DNA of 64,000 nucleotides, from the NCBI GenBank assembly GCA_965655095.1, contig OZ296650.1, positions 26,040,001 through 26,104,000 of the forward strand, written 5' to 3'. A program made the position numbers and the translations under genes. The stretch comes from Haplodiscus bocki (Eukaryota). Under the pieces are notes generated by a model. That model did no database searches. It worked only from the letters and a program-made list of their open reading frames with translations, and was not told the origin of the DNA. This document shows, piece by piece, positions 50,881-64,000 of this stretch. Position 1 is the stretch's first letter. Every line of letters begins with the position of its first letter.

Positions 50881-52005
50881 ATAAAATGTAACCTAAGTAA
50901 TGCAAAAATTGGGAGACATCATGAACTTTCCAAAAAAACTCCAGTTTATTCAGAAAGGGGTATCACGAAAGATTTCCCTGTTTGCCTTCAAAAATTCATT
51001 ATATGTAAAGGGTGTATCACAACCTTTTCTTGTTTCTATTTGATTCTCACAGTTTTGAATGTTGTGGTACAATTGCTAGCATCAAGAAGAGTTGTTTGCC
51101 AAGAAAATGCAAATTTGCAAATCTGTGCAAACCTTAGATTGATTCGAAGTGAGTCTGTAACCTCATGATATTGAAGCAACTCTAACAGCTAACAGTTTCT
51201 TCAAAAGCTCTGATTAAAACATTGTTGCAATTTTCGATCCAGTTGGCAATCACACAAAACATGATGTCAATTTTAATCAGTTTCATTCAGGCAACGAATA
51301 AAAAGGCACCAAATGAAAGTATTTCAATAAGTGTTTGCAATTGAAGCAAAATTCTCTGGACGAACACATGTAGTCGATCAGTCAGTGGTTGATTTTTTTT
51401 CAAGTATCAAATCAACTTGTCCCTTTTTGATCCACAAAATTTCTGTGACACTCTGACAAGCTTCTCAAATTTCATTCTTCAAGGTTTTTCAAATTGTATT
51501 CAGTTGATCGGAAGTCAAAGTTTACTCATATACTTGGCGTCTTTAATGTTTTAAAGAGATGGCTTGCTCCAAAATTTCACGTTTAGCTTTATTACAGCGG
51601 AAATTAACGTCTTTTTTCGGACATTTATGCAGCTCAATTCCCAATCTTGAGGCATGCCTGAGCTTTTATTCCACAATATCGATTAGTATGCGGTGGTGGC
51701 GTATACTGGCTTAATGATATGCAATGAGTTGCAAAGAAAACGGCTGACTTAAACAAAGAGCCAGTTTTTTAGTCTGCGCGTTTAGAAAAGGTGCTCTACT
51801 ATTACACTGTTTTTTTGGGCTCAAAACTAGGTATATCTATTTTTTTTTCTCCGGAAAACGTCTCTTATTAGTGTTTTTACGTATGCTTCCTCATTCTCCC
51901 TCAATTTTATTGACACCGTCTCATGTACTGTGCGTGCGGACAGTGACGAATTTAGAGTTGAGAGTTTGTTGGCTTAAAAAATAGGGTTAGTATTGTGAAC
52001 AGTGG

Positions 52006-52788
52006 CCCAGACAACCATAGTCAAACATGACAATCATGCTATGTCATGGTATGAACATGGTTTTTCATACTTAGCATGACATGATCAAGGCTATTCCATG
52101 TTTGTGTCATGGTTTTCATGGACGATACCATATCGTACAAATGGTCGTCATTGAAGGTACCAGGATCATATTATGGTAATCATGGAAAATACCATGATCA
52201 TTTTGTGGTGAGCATGTTCACTATTATAACGTGTGCAGACAGACGTTCATTATCAAGCCAATTTGTTTAAGTAATGCCCTGGTGGTAGTCCGTTATTTTT
52301 CAACTAGGAACATGTTGGAAAATTCATCAGAAACTACCAGAGAGACATTCAGTACATTTGACCTGTTTTCCCAATAAAAATCGAAATTACCAAAAATAAC
52401 TAAAAGTTGTAATTTATTTGTTATATTGAAACTATATGCTATCGAAAATAAAGATTTGAAGACTGATGATCACAGATGTCAACTAAGCTATTCTGGGGTT
52501 CTTATCAATCAATTTTGGTGACGCTGCAGTTTGGAGGCATAATTTTTTTCAGCACCCGACAATTGAGCCTCATAATGCTGTATGGAAAACATTAAAAAGA
52601 TTATGAACATACCTTGATCATAGGATGAATCATGGAAAACATGGTGATCATACCACGTTATGCCATGAATCATGGCAACCATGCCAAGAAATTTGGCCAC
52701 CATACCATCATCATGGCATGATCATGGTCAAATTTTTGCCATGCTGATGGTATAATCGTAGCATAGCGGCATTTTTTCTCAACCCAGG
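52006..52788. mobile_element. CATG-rich non-autonomous element with CCCAG / CAACCCAGG ends (CMC/EnSpm-like)
   Basis: cccagacaaccatagtc... and ...ttctcaacccagg, with catg/catgatc clusters at both ends; homologous to 8517. Confidence 0.6.
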
Positions 52789-55700
52789 CCATGTTGTGGC
52801 CCTTATTTGATCATGAAAAACCAACACACTACTATTTCTTGACTAAATCTATGCGAGAATATATCTCACCATGCAATACCAGCAATTTTCTTCGTAACTT
52901 TTAAATTTTTTTCTCATTTTCCTTCGAACAATTTTATGCCTAGTTAAGTTTAGAAAGGTCCGCAGTGTATTCTTTAAAAGTGCCAGCAACCAGAATCAAT
53001 TAGTCTCCTCACAAAGGAAAACAAAACAAGACAAATATCAAAGGGCTTCTATGTGAAATTATTGGACATGGATAGAAAAAATATTTAACAAAACACCCGT
53101 TTGGCATCTCGAACTCTTCGCGTCATTTTGATGAGTAACACCGGCTGACTTTGTGCTGTTTCGGCTTTCCATGTTTTTCAATTAAAAAAGTTCCACATTC
53201 TTCTAAAATTCTCAGTGTTTCGTCATTTGTTTCACGATGGCAACTTGCATTCTGTGTTGAAGTGGACTCTGAGCTAGACATTATCAGCGATAGGACAGTT
53301 TTTCCAGCGCACGAAAAACAGTTCCAAAGAGACCAGAAAGAAAACTAAATATCTTGGTATATGTCATACTGTTGCGTAACCAATGAGTAAAAGTGTGAAA
53401 CGATGAGAACTTCTCGGTTCTCGATGTTTACAAATTTTGATAAATTTTGCTTTGTTGTTTGAATGTTGATTGTTGATTTTTGTTGAGATCATTCTAGCTA
53501 ACTTCTCGGTACTTGACAGTTGAATAGATTATTTCAATTTTTTTTCTAATTTTTCTTAGTTCAATATGACCAAAAGTGTATATTACTCTTCAACATTTTG
53601 AGATCCGAGAAAAAGCACAGTTTATGATAGTTTAACTTATCGTTATCGCTTCTTAAAATCCGAAAAGCAATTTTACTTGAACGGGTCATGAGAATTTCTG
53701 AAAGTAGTTGTCAGAAATTCATTGCCCAAATTATTGTTTGACTGCTTGTTCAGTACTTGAGCTTTCGTAATCACCTCCATACTGCCCCTTGAAAGATTTT
53801 ACGAGATATGATAAAATTTCGTACAGTAGGGCGTAGCCTTCATCTTTTTGGACACATATTTTCTCAACCAAAATAATTTTATAAAGCACCTTGCTTAGAG
53901 AATATATGACCTGCTAAGAAAACAGTGTGAAGGTTTACGAGCCTGCAGTCGCGAATTTGATTGGAAAATTTCAAGCTTTTAAAATTTAGCATCAAGATTT
54001 TCACAACTTTTTTAAATCCAGGGTTATTGGGTTAATCGGAAACGTGTCGGAAAAATCTTCATGATCTTCCTTCTTATTAGTGATGCAGCAATTGGGACCA
54101 GAGATAGATCGGAATGAAGACAAATTCGGCCCAATAATTTCATAACTTGTATTTAGTAGTATTTAGTAGTGTTCATAAAATTTTTAAGAGTTGTAGATCA
54201 TCACAATAATTATCACGTTTTAGGAATTGCAATCAAAGCGAAAGACAATATAACACAGAATTGTGAAAAACGAATAGAGCCTTCAATTGTGATCAAAAAT
54301 TGGAACAATACGTATATTTGGGTGGAACTCAACAAGTCGAGAACTTCTAAAGCCGGCGTCGTCTGTTTGGCTCGAAAAACTCATAGGACGGAATTGATTT
54401 CGATGTGTGAAAAAGATTGCACTTTGGTATACTTTTTGGCATAAATACAAGAAGACAAAGCTTATGTTGAGATTCGAGTCCACAACTTGTAGATTGAGTA
54501 GATTTTATAAGGCGGTATCACAAAAAGAAGCTGGTCCCAATGTCAAATTTTTTTTTTGAAAACAAGTTCATTTTTCGTACAGTTTCCGGTATTTATTGTA
54601 GAAATTTTTCGATGGAAGGTGAAAAAACATAGCTTATGCTGTTATTTGAACGCGTTAATTCTTGTCTATCTAGTAAATTTTGTTCAGGAGAAGCACGACA
54701 AAAGAATTGGAGCTAAAGTCGAAGTGTTTTTTCGTAAAGAGGTTTATTTTTGGTATAATTTCCGGTTTGAAAAAAGTTTGATGAAAAATGTTGATAGGTT
54801 TGGTATTTTCAAGCCCTTGATTAGCCGCCATTCGATGTTTTGCGAATATTCGCGCGCTGGCAGATCTACTTAAAGGAAATTCGAATCACAGTTTTCCCGG
54901 GGAATATCAGGTACTACAAATAATTTTCCAAAGACATAGCTTTTGTCGTGGAAAAAAATCATTATATCAAATTTCAAAAAACACTCGACTACCCGCCAAC
55001 ATAAGTGTTTCGGTAAATGCAGTTTGCGGAAAGTCGGAAAGTCAAATCCTTGATATTTTTGAGAAAACCTGGGACTACATTTATCTCTTCGAGACCCTAA
55101 TTTGGAACATACCAAAAAAAAGTTCAGTAGAACCTCCATTTTTCGCCATTCGGTTTTCCGCAAGTGTTTGCGGGTAGGTATATGTCACTCGCGTAAATCT
55201 GAGTGGCGGATAATTGACCGAGAGCAAGATAATACTATTAATATTTCGAAACTATGGTTTTTGTTTTGGAAGAAAGCCTGAGTATACCGGAAGAGCAAAA
55301 ACCAGTCCCGATTGTCCGCCAAAAGGTGAAAATTTCAGTATAAACCCTTGTATTTTCGCCAGATTTCAGGCAAATTTTTTCCTACTGATTGGTAGCTCTT
55401 CGTTGGTAGAATTTTGTAGTATTACGACTGAAGTTTTTTTACTGAGGAGTGGGTCGATTCAAAATGAGAAGAGCGCCTTCCGGGAAAAAAATTAAAGAAT
55501 AGTCACTGTGATAGTCCTTCTTTTCGAAACACCGACTGCAGTGGGGATTTGAATTGTTATTGTATTAGGAAATTTTGTATTTTTTTGGTCAAAATTTTAG
55601 ATGCACTAGATCTAATCTCTGATACATTTCTTCACAGTAGTTGTAGATGAAATCAAGTATACTTAAAATTTTATGCTTACTCTTGTTTAGAACTGAAGTT

Positions 55701-55989
55701 ATAATAAATCAACTGGCCAGCTCAGGAAATTTCTTGCCCAATCGCAATGCTTTATGATCAAGTTTGGCAACTTCTTTAAAGGAAAACGTGAAAATGTTTT
55801 GAATTCAGTTTTTCAAGCTTTCCGACAGAAGTAATTTCCACCAACGCCTTCTGCATTTGTTGGCGCTTTCAATTCATCAGAACTCGAAGCAAAGTAAAAG
55901 AACCAAGACAACATTCTAAATCACCTTTTCAAAACATGAATTCGTCTAGTGAGACCTTGATTTTGGAAGTGCAGCTGAAAAACTGAGTT

Positions 55990-56760
55990 TGACCATAAAG
56001 AAAAGCCACAACAAATCGGACTTTTGTCAATTTCGGCCCATGAAGGTACCAATGCAGGCAATGTATATCGAAATACGTTCTTCTAGTATTTTTCTACTTG
56101 GGTAAAATTGTCCACTGAGACCCTGATGGAAGAAATGAAGTCGGTGTTTTAGAATATAAATGAGCTGGACCCTCAAAAAGAAGCATACACATATGAACTT
56201 TTTGTCAATTTCAACAGCTGTTTAACACATTATATTACATTGGAAAGTCGTTTGAAACTGAAAAAATTATCGATTGACACAGTGAAAAAGATATGCAGCG
56301 GGTAGTTATTTTGTAGTATTCGTTTTAATAAAATGTAGCAACAAACATTTACTAAACATTTGGCAATTTCAGCTTGTCAGGTTTTTGCTAAGAGGATGCA
56401 AACTCAAAATATGGAAATCAAATCAACTTCTGCAAAACCAGAATTGCTGATTGAGACGTTGATTGAACAAATGCTGACAGTTGTTCTCAACGTATTTGAA
56501 ATTGAATATTAAAGGAGATATTACGGATACGCATTTTTTGGCAATTTCGACTTATCAAGATTCCTTTGCGTGGAACGCAACGCAAAAATTGGAAATCAAG
56601 TGAAGATTTAAAATTAAAAGAAGGTCGATTCGTATATTGATCGACTGAATGTGGCTAGTATTTTTGGAGACAATCAAAACTAATTTTCAGGAAAAATCAA
56701 ACCCTTTTGCAGTTTTTGGCAACTTTGGTCCCTAAAATTTCCAATACGAGCAACTTAACC
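55990..56760. repeat. Old diverged ~160-180-bp tandem repeat
   Basis: Anchor tttt(g/t)gcaatttc / tttgtcaatttc recurs at ~56022, 56200, 56359, 56536 and 56714. Confidence 0.55.
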
Positions 56761-57039
56761 CCACATATTTTTTTGAAAGATCTTTTGCATCAGTAAATTT
56801 TTTGAATAAGAACTGGATCAAAGAAAAGCAGACCGTAGCTTTGGAGAAAAGTGTGTTTGAGTTTTACGGAAGAACGAAAGTTTTTGCGTTTTCTGGCTTT
56901 TTAACTCCATAAAGTCATAAAGTTTCCAATACTAGAGCCAGAGTCAAAAATATTGCTAATGAATTACCAGTAGCATGTTGAAGTTTGTCGATTGAAATAT
57001 TGATGGATGAATTACAGCTGATTGTTCTGGAGAATTAAA

Positions 57040-57678
57040 AGTTGGAAGTTTGGGAAAAGTCTTCCGTCTAGGATGTTTGAGCAAAAAATTTCGAAATTTG
57101 GCGAAATATTTTCGGCAGGGTTGTCAAAACCGCATTCTACGTGTCTTATGGAACAGTATACAGAATTGTTTGAAAGTTTCATTATTTTCCAATTTTTTTT
57201 GGACTTCAACGAAAGTTTTCTTGACTTCTGGTGAAATTATTTCGGCAGGCTTGTCGAATTTGCATTCTGCGTGTCCAGAGGAACATTTTAGTGTTCAAAC
57301 TTTTTTTACAAATGGAAACATGTTCTCTCCGACTTGGCAAATTCTGGAGAAAAAAGTCCACAATTTGAGAATGATTTTCCTTTCGTAATATTTTACGCCG
57401 TAAAACAACAATCCTCAAAATCGTTGTAACAAAGTAAAAAATATGGAAAAGACAGAGATGCGAACCCGGGCCTACTACTTGAGAAATTTTTGTCTTAACC
57501 TCACAGCCGAGACAATTTACTTAGTAATAAAAAAATTAGCAAAAATACTTTGGAAAAAAAGATAGAAAAAAAGACCCAACTGAATGAATAAATACTTTGG
57601 AAAAAAAGATAGAAAAAAAGACCCAACTGAATGAATAAGTTTTCTTACATATTAAAATAAGTGGCGAAAAATAATAAT
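57040..57678 (-). mobile_element. Helitron-like element end with satellite units and tRNA-Glu-like segment
   Basis: The last ~230 bp are homologous to 7180-7375 and end ggcgaaaaataataat. Minus-strand 57451-57510 contains ttctcaag..ggcccgggttcgcatctctgtc, similar to tRNA-Glu GGCCCGGGTTCGATTCCCGGTC. Contains a perfect 47-bp tandem duplication (57544-57637). Confidence 0.6.
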
Positions 57679-57919
57679 TACTTTACCTACTTTCAAGTCT
57701 GTTGTATCAAATCAAACATTATTTTGTAGAAAAGCGTTAATGAGCAAACCAGGGATGTTACCAGGGATGCAACTCAGTAATGCCCCTGAAAACTACCTCT
57801 GCGTTGCATTTTTTTCCCAAATCTCTTACCCTATCTTTTTTGCTGAAATGCGTTGTCTCCTTCTTGGGGAGTCAGCCGGCTGGGCAATTGGTAATGATGG
57901 AAAGAACTGGAAAACTCAC

Positions 57920-58822
57920 TTGATCTTAGGTTGCTGCTTCTGGGCTGCTCCACTCTTTTCGGCATCAAGTCTGGAATGAGAAGCAAGACGTCTTCTCTGC
58001 TTGGCCAACTTGAGCAAAACCTTTACATAGACGAGACACATGAGCCCACTGGCTCCGGAGACATTAATGTCCATCATGAGAATGAATTCATGGTCTATTA
58101 TTTTCTGCACTAATTTTGGAAGCCACACAAAAGCCCCGTTGAGAGAGCCCTGGGCAAAAGCGGCTACGAAAACGGAACAAAGGGTAATCCTCACTCGCTT
58201 TTTGTTAAACACGGTTTTGTATTCCGTGGGGCGACAGATTGCATAGAAGCGGTTGACGGTAATGAGACAAATAAGCAAAAAAGAGGAAATTACTGAAAAT
58301 CCGAACAAAAAGTAATTGGCCGACGTGAAAACTTTGAAGACAAAATCTGATTTTTCCACAATCAAGTGAGTGTTCAACGTAACAATTAACATGTAGAAGA
58401 AATTGTAACAGAAGTCGACACATGCCAGAGCTGTAATCATTTGTTCACTTAGTGTTGTCTTGTGTTTGTAGTTGTAAACCATGATGACGAGGAATGCTCC
58501 AAACAGCCCAAATGCACCCAAAATAAGACAGGTGATTTGCTCAATGGTCTGGATTTTGGAGCTGAGGTTTTCGTCCGTCAAATCACTGGCTTCGAAAACT
58601 GAGTCATTGCTGGCATTCATGACCACTTCGTTCACTGTAGTCATTTGTGGGAGAAGATCAGAGAACGGGAACTTGTCAAAAAATGTCGGATCGCTGCTGC
58701 CCACTAGAAACGCGGGTGCAGATGAAGAAAAAAGTAAGAAACTGCTTTCGTTTTTCGGAGAAGATGGCAAATAATTTATGGAGTGTGACACTCGGCCCTG
58801 TACAGTCTTGGATGAAAGTTGT
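57920..58822 (-). CDS. Class A (rhodopsin-like) GPCR, exon encoding N-terminus to TM5/ICL3
   Basis: TM1 ITCLILGAFGLFGAFLVIMVY, TM2 ITALACVD, TM3 LICLITVNRFYAICRP (DRY-type motif), TM4, TM5 LMCLVYVKV. Acceptor aatttttcag before 58822; donor GTGAGT at 57919. First ATG at 58644 is followed by NAS/NDS/NLS glycosylation sequons. Confidence 0.9.
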
Positions 58823-59913
58823 CTGAAAAATTAAAAAAAAATGCTAGGGGTCACAAATTTGCAGTTGGGACGTTACTTTGAAAATCAGGAAATTATTTCA
58901 TTAATGCAAGTCAACAGACAAGGGACAAATTATTCCCCTGAAATTTCAATCACAAAAAGCGGGCATGGTTAATTTATCATTCAATGAATTTTAGCTAATA
59001 GGGTTGATTGCATTGGAGAACCTCAATTAACCTAATAGAATGGAGCCTCCTACTTTATCTGTGTCCGAAAATCTTGAAAAATACAAGATGTTTCAACAGC
59101 AGAAAAAAACTCGCAAATTATCGGTTTTTCAATTTGTTCTTCAAAATCATTGCAATAATTTTTCATCACGATCAATCAAAAATCCAGAAATGACAATTTT
59201 TGTTTTTTTTTCACGGAAAAAAATTGAAACGAGGGATTATACAATGAATAATTGAAAAAATGTCAGTATAGATGAATATACCACCCAAGATTTTCATGCA
59301 AGGTCCACTATGGAAATGCCTAGAACATACATTCTAATTCTTTAACTCAGGTTCTTACAGTGATTCTTTCATTTGAGAATGCGTAATTGAAAACCCAATT
59401 CACACTTTTTCACTAAATAATAGATCAATTTGCCCAAATTTCGTAGATTAAAACCCACTTTTTTTTTCAAATTGGTGCTTTGATTTTTGATTCACAAAAT
59501 TACAACGCTAGAAATGCATAAGTATATTTAACTAAAAACAATTAATATAATATATTTCAGTTATATTTCAATTGAAATTTATTTTAAAATTTGATTTTTC
59601 TGAAAAAAAATTGTTCAACAAAAATTAATAGATTAAGCTGTTTTAGCGAGACAAGAAAAACCAGTAAAAGCCTAATAGTTTCATCAAATAAAAAAAAATC
59701 AAGTAATTTTTATAATGAGGAAAATAACGCCACTAAATATCCCCAACAAATTTTGTTGAATTTGCTCAAATATTAAGCTTTAACCTTTGTAATCAAACTG
59801 GCGTGATGAATGTGTCAAAACTGTTATGCGAACAAATTGGCGGCTGGATTACTTCAAAAGAGTTATATTATCTTACAAACTTAGCTACACTACGAAATTT
59901 GAATTTGACTAAC

Positions 59914-62123
59914 CGATTATGAAGGTTTGAGTTGAAGGCAAAAAGAGGAGATTGCAAGTTTGGCAAGGGACTTGAATCTCTGATATAAACACTCTTTTCG
60001 GTATATACTTGAAAGGGCTCACTCTTCAGAATCTGATTGAAACGTTTCCAAATTGATTGACTTCTTATCCCCCCGAAGGAATTAGCGGTTGTGGAGGCGA
60101 CGCTCGTATTTCTTTGGGTGGAAGAAGAATAGAAGAAGCTGCTTCTTTTTTGATTGCTCACTAATTTTTTGGAGGGGAAAATGTGCTGCTGTGGATGAGG
60201 CGATGATGTAAAAGCAGAGGAACTTTTCGTGCGGGAAGAGTTAAGCTGATTAGTAACAAAAAAAGTGTCGAAGTTATTACTGCCAAGCGTGTTATGATCA
60301 CTGCTGTTATTATTACCAGTACTATTATGACCAGCAGATGGAGTACTGTAACCATAGGTGATTGCCGCTTGGTTTTGGGGATGGTCGTTAATAAGAGGTG
60401 TTGGAAAAACAGAGAAAGAAGGAGAATAAGAAACAGTATTGGCCGAAGTAGTTACAATGAAAATTGACGCTTGTAAAATTAAATTCTGAATTATTTCACT
60501 GCTATACGTTGTCCTATAGGAAGAGAGCCTTTTCAACCATTCACAGGCCAGCACAATTGCAAGTAGCGTCGCTGGTTTAGCACTATTTGACGAATCCTTA
60601 TTTTTTCTTGCTTTTTCGTCCACCAATTTTCTCTGGCTTGAGGTGTGTTCCTTATTCAATGCACGCGGTACTGCTTCCCTTACCGCCGCCGACTCCGAAA
60701 AGGGGTGGCGCGATAAAAAAGAGGAAGCCGAGGGTGAGACTTGAACGAAGTTGCATCGTCTTTTCTGATCTTTGGAAGAAGATTGAAATTTCTTCTTTTT
60801 ATTTGTCTGCTGCTTCGAAGCTGATTCTCGTTTTTCATCTGATGATGCAGTAACGCCAAGACAATCAGCTAAAGAAGAAGGTTGGAAAGTTGTAAGGAGG
60901 GAGGGTGTGATTGGCTGAGGGCTCCCTGTTTGCTGTGATGCTGATTGTATTACAGTTGGAAGTGTTGCGGTAAGAAGAGATGACCGCGATAGTCGTGACG
61001 TGAGAGGGAGTATCAGGGAGATCGGGGTTGACGATATTAGGGGTATGCGATATGACTGTTTTTTATTCTGCTTCTTTTCATTTTTTATAACCAGCAGCAG
61101 TTTTGTCTTCTTCGTATTATTCTTTTCCAATTCGTTAGAATCAGTCGCTAGAGCTACAAAGAAGGAACAGCAAGATTTGCTATGAGGTAGTGCGAAAAGT
61201 TGAGAAAAGAAAAGAAGAAACTGCTTTGGTTGCGGTTGCTGCGCTATATTTATACCCGTTTTAATTTCGCTCCCATGTGGTGGCCGTAAATCCCTCTTTT
61301 TGGATGGGAATGTGTTCTTTAAGTAATTGGAGCTCACCACCCCGCGCAAAAAAAGTAACAGCAGTTGTAAAAAGTAGTACTGCACACGGTACTCGTTATT
61401 AAAAGAACCAACAGCTTTGGCGACGTTGGGCGATAAAAAAAATGAACTAGAAAAAGTGAAGTTGCTTATTACATACTCAATGCATCGAATATATTGTACA
61501 AGTAATAGCACGACTGCAGCGGTGGGCCAAAGTGTAGTACTCTTTTTATTTTTTACACTGCATCTATAACAGCAGTTGTTATATTGCGTGTTAGTGCTGT
61601 TTTTCAGAGAGAAAAGCCGCAGAGATATACCGGGAGGGTGACAAATAAATTGATTGTCAATACTACGGCCCCTGTCATTGACTGGTATAACTTCCTCCCC
61701 TGAGCGATCCCTGAAGGCCTGAGGAGTAAATGAAAACTCAGAACAACAGCTCGTCTCATTTAGGATAACAGAACTTTTGGCTCCTTCTTTAACCTTTTCT
61801 TCCTGGTATTCTTTTCCCTCTTCTTTCTCTTTTTCCTCCCTTCCGTATTCTCTCAGTCTTTTGCAAGCGTTACTAGAAGTAGCAATGAAAAAAACGGAAT
61901 AAGTATAGGGATCACTTTCAAATTCACATGTTTTGTTGACTTCTTCACTCCATGAAACATCTGCAGTTTTAGCACAATTAGGGAGTGACTTAGAAAGGAT
62001 TTTGCTGTTCTTAAAGATAGTCCAGGGTTTATCAGTTGTTAGGCCAAAAATTAGAGGTATTGCTCCGTATTTGTACACCTCTTTGGTAGACAAGACTTCA
62101 TAGAAGTTGGGCTCTTGTGGATC
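59914..62123 (-). CDS. 2210-bp open exon, Ser/Lys/Asn-rich, in frame with the GPCR exon and containing no Met
   Basis: Acceptor ttatttctgtttcag|GAT at 62123; donor CG|GTTAGT at 59914/59913 (phase 2) joins A|CAA of the next exon in frame. The listed 757-aa ORF starts at an intronic TTG and has no internal Met. Confidence 0.65.
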
Positions 62124-62329
62124 CTGAAACAGAAATAACAAACGAACGTTATATGATTAAGAGAGTTGATGAAAAATTTTCCAAAAAACTGAAAAAGAAA
62201 ATATATTTTGAGAATTGCACTAAAATCGACATTTCTGGCATTTCTCAAAGCCTTTGGAACAATGTTTCCGCACGAGGGAAAGTTTTTTCTCTAGAATTTT
62301 ATTGCTTGTTTCATTCAGCACGTGTCGGT

Positions 62330-63250
62330 TTGCGCTTTCGACTGCAGTGCTTTAATGGCTCGATGCTACCAAAAGCAGTTATTCAACATATACAGTAGTG
62401 TGATAAAAAGGAAAGAACCTTTATTTTGAAATAAAGATTGGAACGATACATACAGTTGCGTTATACTCAAAAATCACAACATATGGTCGAAACAAGAGTT
62501 TCTAAAAATTTTATCAATTTAGCAACGGTGTTTTTTTGACAGTTGTATGATTTTCATTATAGAAGTTAAGATACCTTGTATCTATATTTATTCAGAAAAA
62601 AATTTGGTTCTGTATGAGAACTTTTTATGTTTTAAGTGCCCTAGACTCCATTGTTGTTTGTATGTTACATACTGTCAAAATGCCCCTCACTTATTGATTA
62701 CTAGTGGGGAGCTCACTAGTTAGTGTTTTACACTTCAAAAGAACATAGACATTCTTTGAGGAATGAAATCATTCTCAATGCCACTACGTTATAGAAAAAT
62801 GTTTCTCACAGATTGTCTATATTCTTTTAAAGTGTAATTACTTAATTACTAGGAGCTGCCCTCATGTGAAAGTAATCACTAGGTGAAAGGCATTTTGACA
62901 GGAAGTAACATATAAGAAAAAAGTTGTCTAAACGATTAAAAGATCAAAAGTTGTGATGCTGAATCAGACTCTTTTCTCAATTCATATGCATACAAAAAAT
63001 CATAACTTCTATAATGAAATTTCTACAATTTGCAAACAAGCACTCTTTTAAAATAGATGAAAAAATTTTTGGAAAAAACTTTGTTTTGACCATATCTTGT
63101 GATTTTTTGAGTTAAAAGAAACTGTATGTATTGTTCCGATCTTTATTACAAAATAAAATTTCTTTCCTTTTATAACATTACTCTGTTTGCTAAATAACTG
63201 ATTTTGATAACAGCGCGGCATTAAAGCACTGAAATCGAACGCGGAAAGCA
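62330..63250. mobile_element. Long foldback (inverted-repeat) element, arms ~430 bp
   Basis: Paired blocks include cagtgctttaatg / cattaaagcactg, aaataaagattggaacgatacatacagtt / aactgtatgtattgttccgatctttatt, tttcattatagaagtta / taacttctataatgaaa and ctgtcaaaatgcc / ggcattttgacag. Centre near 62785. Confidence 0.85.
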
Positions 63251-64000
63251 TGAGACTTAGTTCAACGGTGAGATGCTCAAAAAGCAGTTTTCTAATAATG
63301 GTGTAATAATACAAGATCAAAAAATGCGTCCCAAAACTTTCCATTTCTTAAGCAAACGACGGCTAAAAACTTCCAGAACAAACGACAGTAAAGCACTCTG
63401 AATTTGAACTGTTTTTTGGTGAAAGTGTCTAAAGGCGTTTAGATATCATGGTTCATGCAATTCTTTGATCTCAAATCTAAATTTCCATGAAGGATAATTG
63501 CAAGTCAAACTATTTTGGCTTTTCGCTAAAAAAATTTTTCGAAGAGTGATTTCTCGTCTGCCTTTGATAACCTATCAGTGGAAACATCTTAGAACAATCC
63601 ACTAGGAATCAGATTTTTGCACTAACGCCTAGAATATTGCACCGGTTGATATTAGACAGCAGTGTTTTAATTCAGCTTACCTGTAGGTACTATCAGCGCT
63701 CAATGCGCAAGTCGAAGGGCTCAGTGTACACAGTTTTTGGGCTATTTCACGTTTTGTTCGTAGTTTTGTTACAAGCGGGAATAGAAGCGCTCCACGAACA
63801 GTGAAAAGGAAAAATTTCAAATTTTACTGATTGGCAGTTGCTCAAAAATCGACTGTTAAAAAAGGATGTTTTTCAAAAAATTGATATATGGTTTTTCTGT
63901 GAAGGGCTTCGATCAAACAATCTTTTGTCTTTTCGCCGAGTGAAAAAGATATGAAACAAGAATAATTTCATTGAATAAACCGCTCCAAAAGGTATTCAAT

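Noticed and set aside
53125-53348. Missing GPCR TM6-7 exon
   Set aside because: The open minus frame is hydrophilic, with no CWxP- or NPxxY-like motifs.
1539-57418. Most 60-125 aa ORFs in the supplied track as genes
   Set aside because: Many start at TTG/GTG, lie in repeats or antisense to TE fossils, and show no recognisable domains.
63675-63740. Upstream GPCR exon ending CAG|GTAAGC at 63681
   Set aside because: The donor looks good but exon bounds are unsupported. If used, it would place an in-frame TAG four codons upstream and force non-AUG initiation; transcript data are needed.

Overview
Repeat-rich, AT-rich animal genomic DNA, not prokaryotic: GT-AG introns, a class A GPCR and eukaryotic transposon fossils. 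The repeat landscape resembles my recollection of acoel flatworm genomes, which is inference only. (1) 1-~1600 is the end of a very AT-rich, intronless, gene-dense virus-like (Polinton/NCLDV-like) insertion. It has four tightly packed ORFs, all starting at TAAATG/TAAAATG, followed by three ~154-bp tandem repeats. (2) ~1.6-57.7 kb is a transposon graveyard: Tc1, Gypsy, BEL/Pao, LINE and hAT fossils, several MITEs, Helitron-like elements carrying satellites and a tRNA-Glu-like segment, and a homogeneous 40-bp minisatellite. (3) 57.9-62.1 kb (minus strand) holds two exons of a rhodopsin-family GPCR gene. Spliced together they give about 796 consecutive in-frame codons with no stop and no ATG upstream of the first methionine, the most unusual feature of the window. 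All assignments come from manual reading and motif recall; no searches were run, and fossil boundaries are approximate.
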